Below, one piece after another: positions 21,876 to 34,965 of a stretch of 64,000 nucleotides of DNA. Source of the stretch: Carcharhinus longimanus (taxonomy: Eukaryota); the NCBI GenBank assembly GCA_030264375.1, contig JASCQW010000133.1, forward strand, positions 14,546,844-14,610,843, in the 5' to 3' direction. Every line of letters starts with the position of its first letter. Positions within the stretch are counted from its first letter, which is position 1. The notes under the pieces are model-generated. The model was not told the DNA's origin and ran no database searches. It saw nothing but the letters and a program-made list of their open reading frames with translations. The position numbers were made by a program, and so were the translations under genes.

Positions 21876-23175
21876 CCTGTGTTAAAATAGCCATCATGAC
21901 CAAACTTTGTACAAACTTCACTGTGGAAGGATTGCTGAGGGTTTGTTAAATTATGAGGAAGCTTTGTTTTTTACATCATTATTTAATATTTATTTTGTTT
22001 CAACTTTTGAACTGTCTCGATGGCATCAATCAAGGCGACCAAATGCAAAACAATACCCTTCCAAAATGTGTAATTAGTGCTGGGCTCAATTTTGCAGACA
22101 ACTGCCAGCAACTAAAGAATCATCAGCTACACTAATTACAGTTTATTTGCATATTTGGAAATTAATTTAAGCAAGATATGTAAATATATGCATATGTTTA
22201 TCAAAACGAAGATGTACACAACACTTGATTTATGAGCAGTTCAGACTTTCTGCTTGCTCAGATATCATTTTAAGTCTACTCATAAAGGAATATGATCATA
22301 TGATAGATGGAACCACATTGAGGTTGGTAGTCCTGTTTTAAACACCAGTGAACCATATTTAAATTAGCAAAATTGAATTGTTTTAGTTAAATGTAGGATG
22401 TGAACATTTGAGATTGCATATATTAGATTATCTCCAATCTAAATGATAAATGTTGTGCTTTGGCCTTTGGAGACATGCCTTCAGCAAAGATGTGACTTCC
22501 TATTTGAGCTACACACAAACTAAAAATTAAAATAACACATTTGTGAGCTCTGGCCGAAGCACCGAAGAATATTGTATTTACTAATTCATGAAAATAGTGC
22601 AAAAATTGAAAGGAACATTTCTTGCAATGTGGATGAACAAAAGATTTTTTTTAAAAAGAGTTTGTTTGAATTTCCTGATGACCTCTTGAATAAGGCAAGA
22701 AGTTGAAAAAAAAACCCTGTAATATTTAGATGGTGTGAAAGCAAACCTGTTTGTTACAGTAACCTCATTTTTTTAAAGAAAGCAACCTATCCTTTAATGA
22801 CTAGTTGAAGTTGAAAGGCGTTTGTCATGCATTATTTTCTTTCATTTGAAAGAGTCTCTAGGCAGATAAGCCAGAAGTATTAATAAATAAAATATGTTAA
22901 AATATGAGACAGCATTGCTTGTGCTTTTGTAGTTCCATATGATTGTGTATTAAAGACAAGTTATAACGTAGAGAGCATCTTCTTGCCGAGGGCTAAGGAA
23001 TAAATCATGTGCTTTCATTTTTTTGTTGTTTTTATATTCAAAATTTCTATTAACTTAATATAAGCTAAATTAATTTGTGTATGGGGATGAGTGTAAATGT
23101 AACTTGAGAGATGTATGTTTTTGACGTCATGCAATGGAATAACAACCTAATAAAGAACAAATGTAGTGAATAATA
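21876..23175 (+). terminator. AT-rich SPRING1 3' UTR with three candidate polyadenylation signals
   Basis: Repeat-free AT-rich stretch with AATAAA at 22882, 22999 and 23149. The 22999 signal is followed by a GT/T-rich tract. Confidence 0.6.
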
Positions 23176-24464
23176 TTTTCAACATTAACTCTCAATTTGA
23201 CTCATTATTCCGTGGCAGTTCCTTTATTTCTTTACCTTCCCAACCAAGTTCTCAGGCTGAGTTAACAGGTCTGATTCTCCCGTTTTGAGACTTAAATGCT
23301 CCCAATGGCATCGCTGGTAGCAACGTTCACACGTCACCCTGCCTATTAAAATGTGCCAGCCCAGCCCCCATGTGAAACACGTGGATACTCTGACAGCAGT
23401 GGCAGCTGATTTGCTGGTGTCAGGGATCACCTGAGTGAGCAACAAATGGGAACAGCTTGAAAGCTTCCCCTGCACACGCCACACTAATATCAGCAGAGAA
23501 GGCAATATTCCTGGATGTGGGTGTTGACCAGATGTTGGAAGCCATTGAGGAGAGGAGGCCACCCTGTTTCTCAAGGTAGACAGGAGACTACCTGCTAACA
23601 TAATGGCAGAAGCCTGGGGAAGTATGGCTGAAGCTGTCAGCAGAAACAGTTTGCTCAGAGGACAGCCTTTTGGTGTAGGAAGAAAATTAACAACCTCCTT
23701 AATGTTGCAAGAGAGAGTACCTGTTTGTGTCCCTGGCATCATTGGCAACCCTAGCCACAGCCGTGTTACAATAAGCATACCCAGTCTTCAACTAGCCAGC
23801 CTACCAGCATGTCCCTCAGAACCTCCATTTCGACTCCCGTCCCCCACTGAACTCCATCAGTCTCACCCCCTCCCTGCACCACTCAGGTTTGCCTCAGATC
23901 CCACGTGTGGCACTGATGATTAAGCCCCCAAACCCCTGTGGCCAGCCTCTCAAAATCTCTTTTTCTTCTCCCAAAGGATAAAATGGCACATGAGGGGGAA
24001 GACAGGGCGTATGCATGCTGAGGGCCCTCACATCATTTGAAGAAAGGGCCCTGGAAATTGCAGGAAAGGACCAGGAGCACTCAGCCAACTGTGAGGTTTG
24101 GATGCCAGAGCAAGTTTTACTCCAAACCACGTTCATCCTGATCTGAAATGAGTTTAACATTTTCCACACCATTGAGGGTTCCAAAAGCTAACCCACCTCC
24201 TTTCTGTTCACCACCCGATGAGGCTACGCCACCTGGGGTTGCATTTACTCATCCAACCTTCAGAGAACCTCAGACTACAGCTCTGGGGATGACACTGAAT
24301 TCTCAGCACTACTGTCACCTGCACCATTCAAAGACACTTCCATGTTTGCGGTCAAGCTTCTGGTGAGTACCACGCAGCTGCTGTTGCACATCGAGTGGGG
24401 GTAGGAACTTCCAGGCGAGCTGAGAATTGCAGAACTGCTGGGTCCCAGGAACCATTTACCCCAG

Positions 24465-24672
24465 AGTTTGTGTGGAGTTTGCACATTCTCCTCGTGTCTG
24501 CGTGGGTTTCCTCTGGGTGCTCCAGTTTCCTCCCACAGTCCAAAGATGTGCTAAAATTGTCCCTTAGTGTTCTGAGATGTGTAGGTTAGAGGGATTAGCG
24601 GGTAAATACGTAGGATATGGGGGTAGTGAATGGGTGGGATTGGGGTCGGTGCAGACTCGATGGGCCAAATGG
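24465..24672 (+). mobile_element. HE1-type SINE fragment
   Basis: GTGGAGTTTGCACATTCTCC...CCCACAGTCCAAAGATGTG...GCAGACTCGATGGGCC. Confidence 0.8.
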
Positions 24673-24914
24673 CCCCAACACCGACGCATCTATTGGTATT
24701 CAGGAAGAACACAGTGGCATCATCAGCGACACCTGAAAGTCGACAGGATTCCTCCAGATCCAGTTCCTCTACAAGTTGCCTGGCAAGGGCTTCACATGGC
24801 ATGGAATGCAGCGGGCTGCCTCCACCTCTAATGTGCAGTCTGCGGAATACCTAGAAGGAGCAGGGGATCTCAAAGTTACAGGAGCACTGAGTTGACATGG
24901 ATGAAATATAGTTT

Positions 24915-25172
24915 ATTATTGTTAGAAGTAGGTTTACATTAACACTGCAATGAAGTCACTGTGAAAATCCCCTAGTTGTCACACTCTGGTGCCTGCTCGG
25001 GAGAATTTAGCATAGCCAAAGCACCTAACCAGCATGTCTTTTGGACTGTGAGAAAATCAGAGCACCCGGAGGAAACTTACGCAGACACGGGGAGGATGTG
25101 CAGACAGTGACCCAAGCCAGTAATCGAACCCGGGTTCCTGGCGCTATGAGACAGCAGTGCTAACCAAAGTGT
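24915..25172 (-). mobile_element. SINE of a second subfamily with a different tail; related copies at 27830-28115 (+), 29460-29600 (-) and 63385-63640 (-)
   Basis: tRNA-like head shared with HE1, but the tail reads CTAGGGGATTTTCACAGT(A/G)ACTTCATTGCAGTGTTAATGTAA. Confidence 0.8.
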
Positions 25173-27829
25173 TACGAGAGAAGCGAGCATCATTAAAACA
25201 TTGTTCCCCTTAAGTCTTTCACTTGTAGATTCAGCCTCAGCTGGGGTAGTGGGATTGATGTGGACGGCTCTCCTGTCCCCAGCACAACACTCATGGTCTC
25301 ACAGACCATATAAACTTATCCTTCAATAGGAGGTCACGTGAGTCGGAGTGAGATAGGCCAGTTCACATTATGTCACTCGCTCTGCAGGAATTCCTCATCC
25401 TCGGCCAAACCCAGTCATCCACCAGACTAACTGTGAGCCAGATGGAAATGCCCCCATCACACACATAGGGATGGAAAGGGAGGTCAGTGGAAAATTTTGA
25501 GATAGACAAGAGTCTGATCTCTGGTTACCATGAGGATCACTGCAGCTTTCCTAACAATGAGTCATCATCACACTCCTGCCTTGCGATCAGACCTGGTGAC
25601 ACTGCAAACCCAGGCCCACCACCCTGCTGTGATGTTATGTTGATCCTTAGGAAGCGGGACAGGATGCATAAAATGGGACGGGGAGAGTGTAGAGGGCAAG
25701 GCATGGTGGAGAAGGGTGGGTGTTCCAGAGGAAGAGTCTAAGGGGTGGTGGGGATTGAGTTGCTATTTCTGGTTCCCTTTAGGCAGCAAATCCGGAGGCA
25801 ATGGAAGCTCCCTGAGCCCTGTGTCTTATAGCACCCTGGCCGGCACCTGTCCAGCTTTCTCTAGGCCCTCCTCAGTGTCCTCCTTCTCCACGTCCCACTC
25901 CTCAGGGGCCGTGTCTTCCTCCTCCTCCAACATGTCGCCCCGCTGCTGTGCAAGTTTGTGGAGCACACAGCAAGCAACCACAATCTTTGCAACAAACTCT
26001 GGGCTATATTGCAAGCCTCACCAAACTGCTCCAGACATCTGAACTACACCTTTAGAAGGCCAATTCACCACTCAACATTCCTGGTGCAGAGTGGGCCTCA
26101 TTATAACAATCCTCTGCCTTGGTCTGTGGCTGTATACAGGGTGTTATTAGCCACTATCTCAGTTGGTAACTCTTGTCCTCAATTGCCAACCCCTCAGCTG
26201 AGGGTTACCCTCGAATGGTAGGGTTAGAGTACCTGTAGATTTGACAGGATGTAGGTGTTGAGCATGTTGCCTGGGTAACGTGCACAGATATGCATGATAT
26301 TCAACTTGTGGTCATGCACTGGCTGTTCAGAGAGTGGAAGCCCTTCCTGTTGGTGTAGGGCATTCTCTGTTGAGACAGTGCTTGTAGGGTGACATGTACG
26401 CTATCAATTGCCCTGTGGACCTGGGGCATCCCGGTGATGGCTTTGAATCCTGCAGCCCAGGCATCCTGATGGGCCTGGTTCAGGTAGAAGCTGATGTAAT
26501 CTGATGCTCGGGTATAAAAGGCATTCATGACATGGCGGATGAAACTGTGCATGAATGACTGTGAGATCCCATCCAGGTCTTTGCTCAAGCCCTGGAAAGA
26601 TCCAGTGACAAAGAGATTGATGGTGATAGTGACCTTTACAGCCTCCTCATTCTTGGTGCCAGGTGATCGAGAACCTGGCACATGCTGTACTATCTCCCTT
26701 TGCAGGCGCGCTCTTCTGTGACACATGCAGCCCAGCAGCTCCTCCAAATGCCAGAGCTTCCTGTTGAGCCGGGGTCTACAGTCTCGCTGTCTTCTTGCCC
26801 CTTACTCAACCTGATGGGCAGCTGGCACCTGAGCCTCTGCAGCAGCCCCTGATCTTTAGGTTCCGGCTCCTGCAGTATAGGTTCGTACCTGGGTTGTCCC
26901 TGGGCAACCTCCTGCTTGCCTCAGTGCTAACAACCAGAACCATCACTGTCCGGAATGACTCCTGTCCAAAATCCATTCTCAGTCTGTAAGGACAAGGAAA
27001 AGAGAGCAAGAAAGAGATACTTCGCAAAGTTATCCATCTTTGCATTCTAACATTCCCCTCCCCCCCCATCATTTTTTGTTGCAGCGGCTGGAGGGGGCCA
27101 ACCCTTAACATTGTTCCCCCCACTCTTTTTGATTCATGGCCACATATCCCCATCATCCCTCCCTTCACAGCGCCTATGGAATACTTTAGGATGTGCTGAA
27201 AGTGGTGAAGACTGAAGGTTTCCTTCAGTAGAAGGAGGTGAACCTCGACAGAAGCTGTGTTGTACTGAGTGACACTGGTACTGGTTCGAACCCGAGTTTC
27301 CATTGTGCTCTTTGGTGAGACCCAGCAAGTTTCTGGGGGTGATAATGCCATCCAGTGGGATAAGGTTGAGACATGAGGGAGCACCTGGCATCATCTTTTA
27401 AGGAGCTTCCCCTGTGTGTCTCAGTGCTGCAGCTGTTTCTGTGACATGGGTTACCTGGAAGCACTTCTTTCAGCTGCTATGGGGGCACATGACCCTTGTG
27501 TACACTCATTTTGATGATTCCCCTCCACCATCTGGTGTTGGACTGTGAATGAAGGGAGTTCCTTGGTGTGTACCAATGTCCAACGCTCATGTAGGGTTTG
27601 AAGCGTGAGAGGTCCTGGCTCAGTGACACTTGCTGTGTGTGAGGGGAATTAACACTAGGGCTGGCCTGAGTCGGGGGTCTGTATATGGTGACAGGACGAT
27701 GCCAGATTATGAGAGGTTAACAGGTACAGTATGAAGGGATTCATATGTCCTTGGTGTGTGGTTCCCATGGAACCAGGAAGTCAGAGCTGAGAATGGAAAG
27801 AGAGAGGAACCAACATTTGATTTGGATAG

Positions 27830-28115
27830 CGTGGTAGCATACTGATTAGCACTGCTGCCTCACAGCGCCAGGGACCTGGGTTTGATTCTCAGCTTGGGTC
27901 ACTGTCTATGTGGAGTTTGCATGTTCTGCCCATATCCGTGTGGGTTTCCTCCTAAAGTCTGAAAGACGTGTTAGTTAGGTCCGTTGGCCATGCTAAGTTC
28001 TCCCTCAGTGTACCCAAACAGGCGCAGGAGTGTGGCAACTAGGGGATTTTCGCAGTAACTTCATTGCAGTGGAATGTAAGCCTATTTGTGTCTAAAACAA
28101 ACTTTACTTTTTACT
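27830..28115 (+). mobile_element. SINE (second subfamily)
   Basis: TAGCACTGCTGCCTCACAGCGCCAGGGACCTGGG head and ACTAGGGGATTTTCGCAGTAACTTCATTGCAGTG tail. Confidence 0.82.
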
Positions 28116-30309
28116 TTACACTTTTGACATACAGGTGTCTGAAACTGAGATGGACCGGGTTAGCTGCAACATTTCAAAGAGGCAATGGAAGCGGTCAGGC
28201 AAGGTCACTCCAACCCGAGGGGCCACCGCAATCTATGGGAACCATCCCCTCCTGAGGTCACCTCCTTTGCTCCAACTCAAACCCCAGTTGCCCCCATTGA
28301 GTCACACATGCCTCTAAGCAAGACAAAGTCATTTAAAAATGAACACTTGTCTCCTAGTTCCCCCTCAGAAACCTTGCTGCCAGGTTCCTGTTTTTCAAAA
28401 GTAACACCAAAACCCGCCTGACTTCTGGCAGCAAGGGTGGGTGACTATCACATGGCCACTCCAAGTGGGGTTAGTCCCGTTAATGACATTCAAATGAAAG
28501 TATTTGCATAATTATCAAATGGGCGGGAATCCGATCGGGGTGGTGGGTCAGCTCAAGTGGATCCTGAGAGCCCTCATGCCCTTCAGGAATCCTGATTTTC
28601 AGCCAACGCCCCATTCACCGAGGCATTGGAATTGCCACTGGCTGCCTGAAGAAGTTGGAAAATCACCCTCACCATCTATCAGTAACTCAGAACCTTTGAG
28701 GGTGCATCTCCGTTGTCGCTGTTAGTTTGACAACAGTACCTGCAGTTCAGATTTCAGTCAGATAAAACTATGTTTGCGTAGCTGAGCTCCTGCTTGGTTA
28801 GAATGCTAACCTTCCTGCCCAAGAGGGTGTTCTCTTCACATTGGGCAATCTTCCAGCAGCCAATCTTCCCTGCTTTATAAATGTGTCAATTGAGAACTAG
28901 GTTAAAACACCCCCAGGTGGTCCAACACACCCACTTTGAACTAGGTTTGATACCTCACTAGCTTTACAGGCTTGCACTGTCAAATCAAAGCCACAAGAGA
29001 CTACTGACTGACTGCAGGGAGTCTCCCTCTACTTCAGAATGGAGTGAAGTGGGAATTACTGCACTGTAAATGCACCCCTCAAGACCATATCCTCTGTATG
29101 TCCATCTCACAACTCTCAGGCTGTACATAACTGTAAATTAGCTAATTCTAATCTGCATTCAAACATTCAAAGCAACAATTTAACAGTAACATTTATGAGA
29201 TGAAATTGATATATTTTCAGGATTTTTAAAATTTTGATTGTATAGCAAATGTTTAACAATTCAGCCCTTTATCTGCTCCAAAAATGAATCATTTCATAAT
29301 CCGAATTAAGCAAAGTGAGAATTCAGTACTAAGAACATTTGATCAGATCATTTGAACAAATTTACTAAATTAAGATAGTAGGAAGATACTAAGCCTAAAT
29401 TTCAGTTCATAAAATTTTCCTGCAAGGAATTCTGATTTTAAAATTTATGTTTAAGTTTAAATTCATTTATTAGTGTCACAAGTCAACTTACATTAACACT
29501 GAAATGAAGTTGCTGTGAAAATCCCCTAGTTGCCACACTTCAGCGCCTGTTCTGGGACACTGAGGGCAAATTTAGCATGGCCAATGCTCCTAACCAGCAC
29601 ACCTTTCATCAGCTGTCAGCTAAGAAATGTTGAGCAGAAACTTCCTGTGGCATCAGGTTCTAAGCACATCTTGCCACATGGCCTGTCAGCACAATTTTAT
29701 GTCAGGTGGCCTCCTCAGTGACTGCTTCCACATTGCCATCTAATTAAGGATGGTCGGCAGAACAGGAACGCAGGAAGCCCAGTGAGAAGACTGACAAGAG
29801 TGGCTGCCTGTCAGCCCTACGGGAAGGAGGCAGAACTGGGGCAGAAGGTGAGTATGAGGGCTCCTCAAACTAGAGACACTTTGAAAAGGCTGCAAAAGGC
29901 TCCATTACAAAGGCATCCCAAAACTGTTGTGGCTATCACAAGCATCGTTTTGGCCATTTCAATCTTGAGACTATATTATTGTAACATGGAAGGCAGGCTC
30001 TGGACTCAGCAGGAGGGAATAGTCTGACACCGGGAAAATTCCATCATAGTGGGAAAATGGCCATTAAGTGAGGCTTTAAGTGCCTTGATTGACTGCCCGC
30101 CTCCACAGAGCTTGTTGCTGAATCCCATGGCAACCTGCTTCAGGCAACTTGTCTGGAGGCAGGACAGGCTCAGGGGACCATTCTGATGGAATTTTCTGCT
30201 ATATTACTGGCCGCAAGCCTCCAAAAGTACAGAAAATAATTAGCCATTATTTCAGACAAAGAAGGGGCAAAATGGTCCATTAGCTTGCTATAACATTTTC
30301 TTCAGTATA

Positions 30310-30553
30310 TCCACTACGACTCTCACCAATTTCTACATAGAAAGCACCATAGAAAGCATCCTTTCCATTTGTATCACAGCTTGGTATGGCTCCTGCTCTG
30401 ATCAAGGCTCCAAGAACAAAGGGTTGTGAATGTAACCCAGTCCATCACGCAAACCAGTCTCCCATCCATTGATTCCATCTACACTTCCCGCTGTCTCGGC
30501 AAAGCAGCCAGCACAATCAAGGTCCCCATGGACCCTGGACATACTCTCTTCCA
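30310..30553 (+). mobile_element. Rex1/Babar-like LINE fragment ending in a gap
   Basis: VNVTQSITQTSLPSIDSIYTSRCLGKAASTIK. Confidence 0.75.
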
Positions 30554-31112
30554 NNNNNNNNNNNNNNNNNNNNNNNNNNNNNNNNNNNNNNNNNNNNNNN
30601 NNNNNNNNNNNNNNNNNNNNNNNNNNNNNNNNNNNNNNNNNNNNNNNNNNNNNNNNNNNNNNNNNNNNNNNNNNNNNNNNNNNNNNNNNNNNNNNNNNNN
30701 NNNNNNNNNNNNNNNNNNNNNNNNNNNNNNNNNNNNNNNNNNNNNNNNNNNNNNNNNNNNNNNNNNNNNNNNNNNNNNNNNNNNNNNNNNNNNNNNNNNN
30801 NNNNNNNNNNNNNNNNNNNNNNNNNNNNNNNNNNNNNNNNNNNNNNNNNNNNNNNNNNNNNNNNNNNNNNNNNNNNNNNNNNNNNNNNNNNNNNNNNNNN
30901 NNNNNNNNNNNNNNNNNNNNNNNNNNNNNNNNNNNNNNNNNNNNNNNNNNNNNNNNNNNNNNNNNNNNNNNNNNNNNNNNNNNNNNNNNNNNNNNNNNNN
31001 NNNNNNNNNNNNNNNNNNNNNNNNNNNNNNNNNNNNNNNNNNNNNNNNNNNNNNNNNNNNNNNNNNNNNNNNNNNNNNNNNNNNNNNNNNNNNNNNNNNN
31101 NNNNNNNNNNNN

Positions 31113-31330
31113 CTTAAAAACATTCAATGAAATAGCCTCAACTGCTTCACTGGGCAGGGAATTCCACAGATTCACAATACTTTGGGTGAAGAAGCTCCTC
31201 CTCAACTCAGTCCTAAATCCACTCCCTCTTATTTTGAGGCCATCCCCCCCTTGTTCTAGTTTCACCTGCCAGTGGAAACAATCTATTCCCTTCATAATCT
31301 TATGTTTCTATAAGATCCCCCCCTCATTCA
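31113..31330 (-). mobile_element. CR1 3' fragment
   Basis: GLKIRGSGFRTELRRSFFTQSIVNLWNSLPSEAVEAISLNVFK. Confidence 0.8.
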
Positions 31331-33699
31331 TGAATCAAAACTATTCAATCAATTGTGCTTGTTGCCTACTCAGCCCATATGGGATTTTAGTTTAATTGCT
31401 CTGCTGGTAGATTTCAACTTGTGAAGGGTTAACTCTCAGTTATACAGAAGCTTTTTAAAATGCTTAGGTTGGCTGCTGGATGGAATACCGAATGGGCCAG
31501 GCATTTCAGCCATCATAAACAGCTTACCCCTGAATAATGCATCAGCTTTGAGACAATGTGAAGTCAATGAGCACATCACAGAGTCATTTGCATCCTGACG
31601 CTGGCACTGGGTTTTCATTACACCTGGCAGGGGTCTAAGTTGGACAGACGATGTAGGTGCTGTGGCATTATTCTGTTCATTCATATTTAATATAAAATAC
31701 ACCGGTTGGGTTTTCCAGAATCAAACAAGTCCATTAGGATACTTTTCAGTCAGTCTGCAAAAGCCTAGAATTCACATAGCAACATGCGACATCATATATC
31801 ATGTGAGAACTTGACTGTGATTCTTCAGTCATGCCATAGTTTAACTTGATAATGGACATTAAATGTATACTTTTGGTGTACTTAATGGATTTGAGGTCCC
31901 TTTAGGAGGACACCTGTGGCATCAAATCCAAGAGCCTGTTTATTGCAGTCCTATGCAATTGGTGACATCTGCATAGTCCCTAATTGTGAGTGACTGAGTG
32001 AAGCTTATAGGTCAGGCGTGGCTCAGAGGTAGAAATCCCTGACAATAAAGGTATAGTCCCTTGAAGACTCTGAACCAACAACATGTTTAGGCACCCATCA
32101 CAGTGCCTGCTTCTTTGCCTGTTCCTACAACATTGAACTTCACCCACACTATGTTCCTCTGAAGACTTTCACCTCCACCAAAGAGCAATTAATGTTGTTA
32201 AGAAAGAAAGGGCAACTTGTAACGATTAGTTGTGCATTTCTTACTTGAAAACTGAGCGGTTGAAAGTATGGTGGGGATCTGGTACACCTATTTGTCCACC
32301 TGAATCCACTTTTAAGCAGGCATTTGCATGGGTACCTAGAACTCCTGTCCAAATCAGGTGGGAGGCTGATCACATAAGTGAGAGCCTAATGCCAGTTATA
32401 GAAACCTGATTGGAAATTTGAAGATGGTTACAATGAACCTCAGTGTGGGTGTAAAACTGGCCATTGGAGAATGTACCCCTGTAACATCACTTGAGCTTGT
32501 CCCTGCCTCAGCACATCTGCTGCTGAAACCCTTTGTTACCTTTAGAGTTCACTATTCCAACTCAATCCTGACTGGCCCCCCATGTTTTACCCACTGTAAA
32601 TTTGTGGTAAGCTAAAAGTCTCTTGCCCATGACCTTACTCACACCACATCCTGTTCACCTATCACCTTGATCTTCATTGACCCACACTGGCTTCAATTTT
32701 AAAATCCTCCTCCTTGTTTTAAAATGCCTCCAGGGTCAGCTGCCGCATGCAGACTCGAAGGGGCAAAGGGCCTTTTCTGCACTGTATGCCTTTATGATAT
32801 GTCCATGCCAAAATTTTCCTCTCCACTGAAATCATCTAGAGTTTATCTGAGCTCCCAGTGCAATAACTTCCCAAGGGGAAACATGTGAAACATGTATGGC
32901 ACAGCTCGGTTCTACTTTCTCTGGATTTTCCTGGAGCACCCGGATGAAACTCACACAGACAAGAAGAGAATGTGCAAACTCTGCACAGACAGTCAGGAAT
33001 CGAACCCGTATCCCTGGTGCTATGAGGCAGCAGTGCCAACCACTGTGCCACCCACATTTGCGGAAGGTTTCAATCTCATCACACCTTTTCCCAACCTTAT
33101 ATTTGATATCAGAGGTTTCTTTTCACAAGTAATTCCTGCTGATTAAATTTTAAGTATTCAATTCAGGGGAAACTTTACAGTCTAAGATCAATGTAGCTGA
33201 CTTTTCCAGGCAGCTTTACTGTCTGCTTGTCAAGGTTTTTAAGTTTAAGGTACATGCTGATGAACTGTAACATACCGTACAGATGAATAAATGAGTAACC
33301 ATTAATACAAACAAAAGGACAAGATCGTTTGTTGACTTTGTTGAAGATAGCAGCAGTAAACAGGAGCTCCAAAAAAACTTTTTTTTAAACAGCAGCAGCC
33401 CAGGCAATTTCGCCAGACAGGCAGCCTGAGCCAACAGCAAGGCCGTGAGCTTATCTGGGTGTGTGGAAGGGGATTTCAAACTAGCTAATAAGATTAATAG
33501 ACAGAACACAGTCTTTCAGAGGACAGGGAATCAGTAAAGAGTTAAATATTTATTGGGAAAGCTAACACAGACAGCTTGTGCTTGCAGTAAATGAATCAAA
33601 ACAAATAGTTATGATTTTTAAACATATATGCTGATATTTTAAACCTATTTCAAATACATTGTTTACTTTGGTCAAGCTAAGTTATCAAAAGGCATGGCG

Positions 33700-34355
33700 G
33701 TAGAAGTCAGTAGTTCAAAGCCAAAGGTCTGGGAACAGGTCAGTCAGCAAGTCTTATCGGGTGGCATACCTAAGAGGATATGCGTTAAGCAACATTATGA
33801 ATAGATTGCCCAGACACTGAATAGTTATGAACACGGATGCGGGAGCGCATGTCTATTCAACTTGTTAGTGAGCTGTTGGGAATGTCCATTTTGACCTTGT
33901 GGTAGCATCCGCCATTACAGATGACAGGGATGTAGTTAGTGGCAAAACAAGAGAATATATCTGGAATCAGTAGGACGAATAAGATATCACCATGTTATTA
34001 AAATCATCTGGTTAGCTGAGGAATTTGACAAAGATTTGTATTGATATATAACTGTTAAATGGAATTGATTTTAAGCTAATGAAAGGCAGAATTATTGATT
34101 ATGATAAAGTATAATTGATCTGTATTTGACTCCAGTTCAGTTCTTCCGGAGAGGTTCTGTCACTCTGTCCTTAGAGCTATTTAACTGTGTGTGAGACTCT
34201 GGTCAGCTGTATGATTGTATCGTACTGTTCTGTGTTTTCATGTTCTCTGTTAAATAAATTTGTTACGTGTTTTGCGCAGAGATATTTGCCTTGTGAATTT
34301 TAAATTGTCTTAGTTTAAGACGCAATTGGCCACCTCTCGAAATTTCCCTACAACA
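33700..34355 (+). mobile_element. Probable solo LTR; its 3' 275 bp recur at 35564-35838
   Basis: AATAAA about 95 bp before an ...ACAACA end. 34077-34355 recurs with scattered substitutions immediately after a 100-N gap. The 5' boundary is uncertain. Confidence 0.5.
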
Positions 34356-34794
34356 CCAAGCTATGCCTCAATTTTAAAATTTGGAGATATCCCAGTTCTG
34401 GCCCTGATTTTAATTGCTCTGCGTTTGGTTATTGTGCTTTGGGCTGTCCTAAGGTTGTGAATGGAGGCTTTCTTTCTACAATACTTGGAATAGATTAAAA
34501 TATGAAAAATTAATGAGCATCTTAGAATCTCTAGCGTGAAGGAAAAAAAGTCTAATTCTTACCTTGTTTGTGTTATCACAGGGACTGCAGTGGTTCAAGA
34601 AGGCAACTCAACACTTCCCAAGGGCAATTCGGGATGGGTAATAAATGCAGGTCTAGCCAGCGACACCCACATCTCACGAACGAATTTAAAAATCCCAATA
34701 GTTAAGACATTTAGTAGAAGTTCAATTGAATTTAAATGTTTTCTGCCAATTATTAGCTTGCCTCTCTCTCCAATGGCTGAATGTTAATTCTCCT

Positions 34795-34965
34795 GATGTG
34801 GAGATGCTGGCGTTGGATTGAGGTAAACACAGTAAGAAGTCTCACAGCATCAGGGTAAAGTCCAACAGGTTTATTTGATAGTAAACCTACAAGCTTTCAG
34901 GGTTTGCCTCTTCGTCAGGTGAGTGGAGAACCTTCCTCTGTTGTGAGACTTCTTACTGTGTTCAT
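34795..34965 (-). mobile_element. Short Penelope-derived element with inverted ends and a hammerhead core
   Basis: Inverted repeat ACACAGTAAGAAGTCTCACA ... TGTGAGACTTCTTACTGTGT. Minus strand reads CACCTGACGA-N13-GAAAGCTT. Confidence 0.7.

Larger units (their letters stand above)
23268..28668. mobile_element. Decayed PIF/Harbinger transposon with a Myb/SANT-like ORF remnant (+, about 23440-23700), a HARBI1-like transposase (-, about 25800-26950) and internal SINEs
   Basis: Transposase motifs AVKVTITINLFVTGSFQ..GISQS..GMPQVHRAIDSVHV..YTNRKGFHSLN and QYSPEFVAKIVVACCVLHKLA. MAEAWGSMAEAVS is trihelix-like. Imperfect TIRs GGTCTGATTCTCC / GGAAAATCACCC. Confidence 0.75.

Noticed and set aside
25826-26747. 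Domesticated HARBI1 gene
   Set aside because: Frameshifts and stops split the transposase, and it sits within a TIR-bounded element, so it is a fossil.
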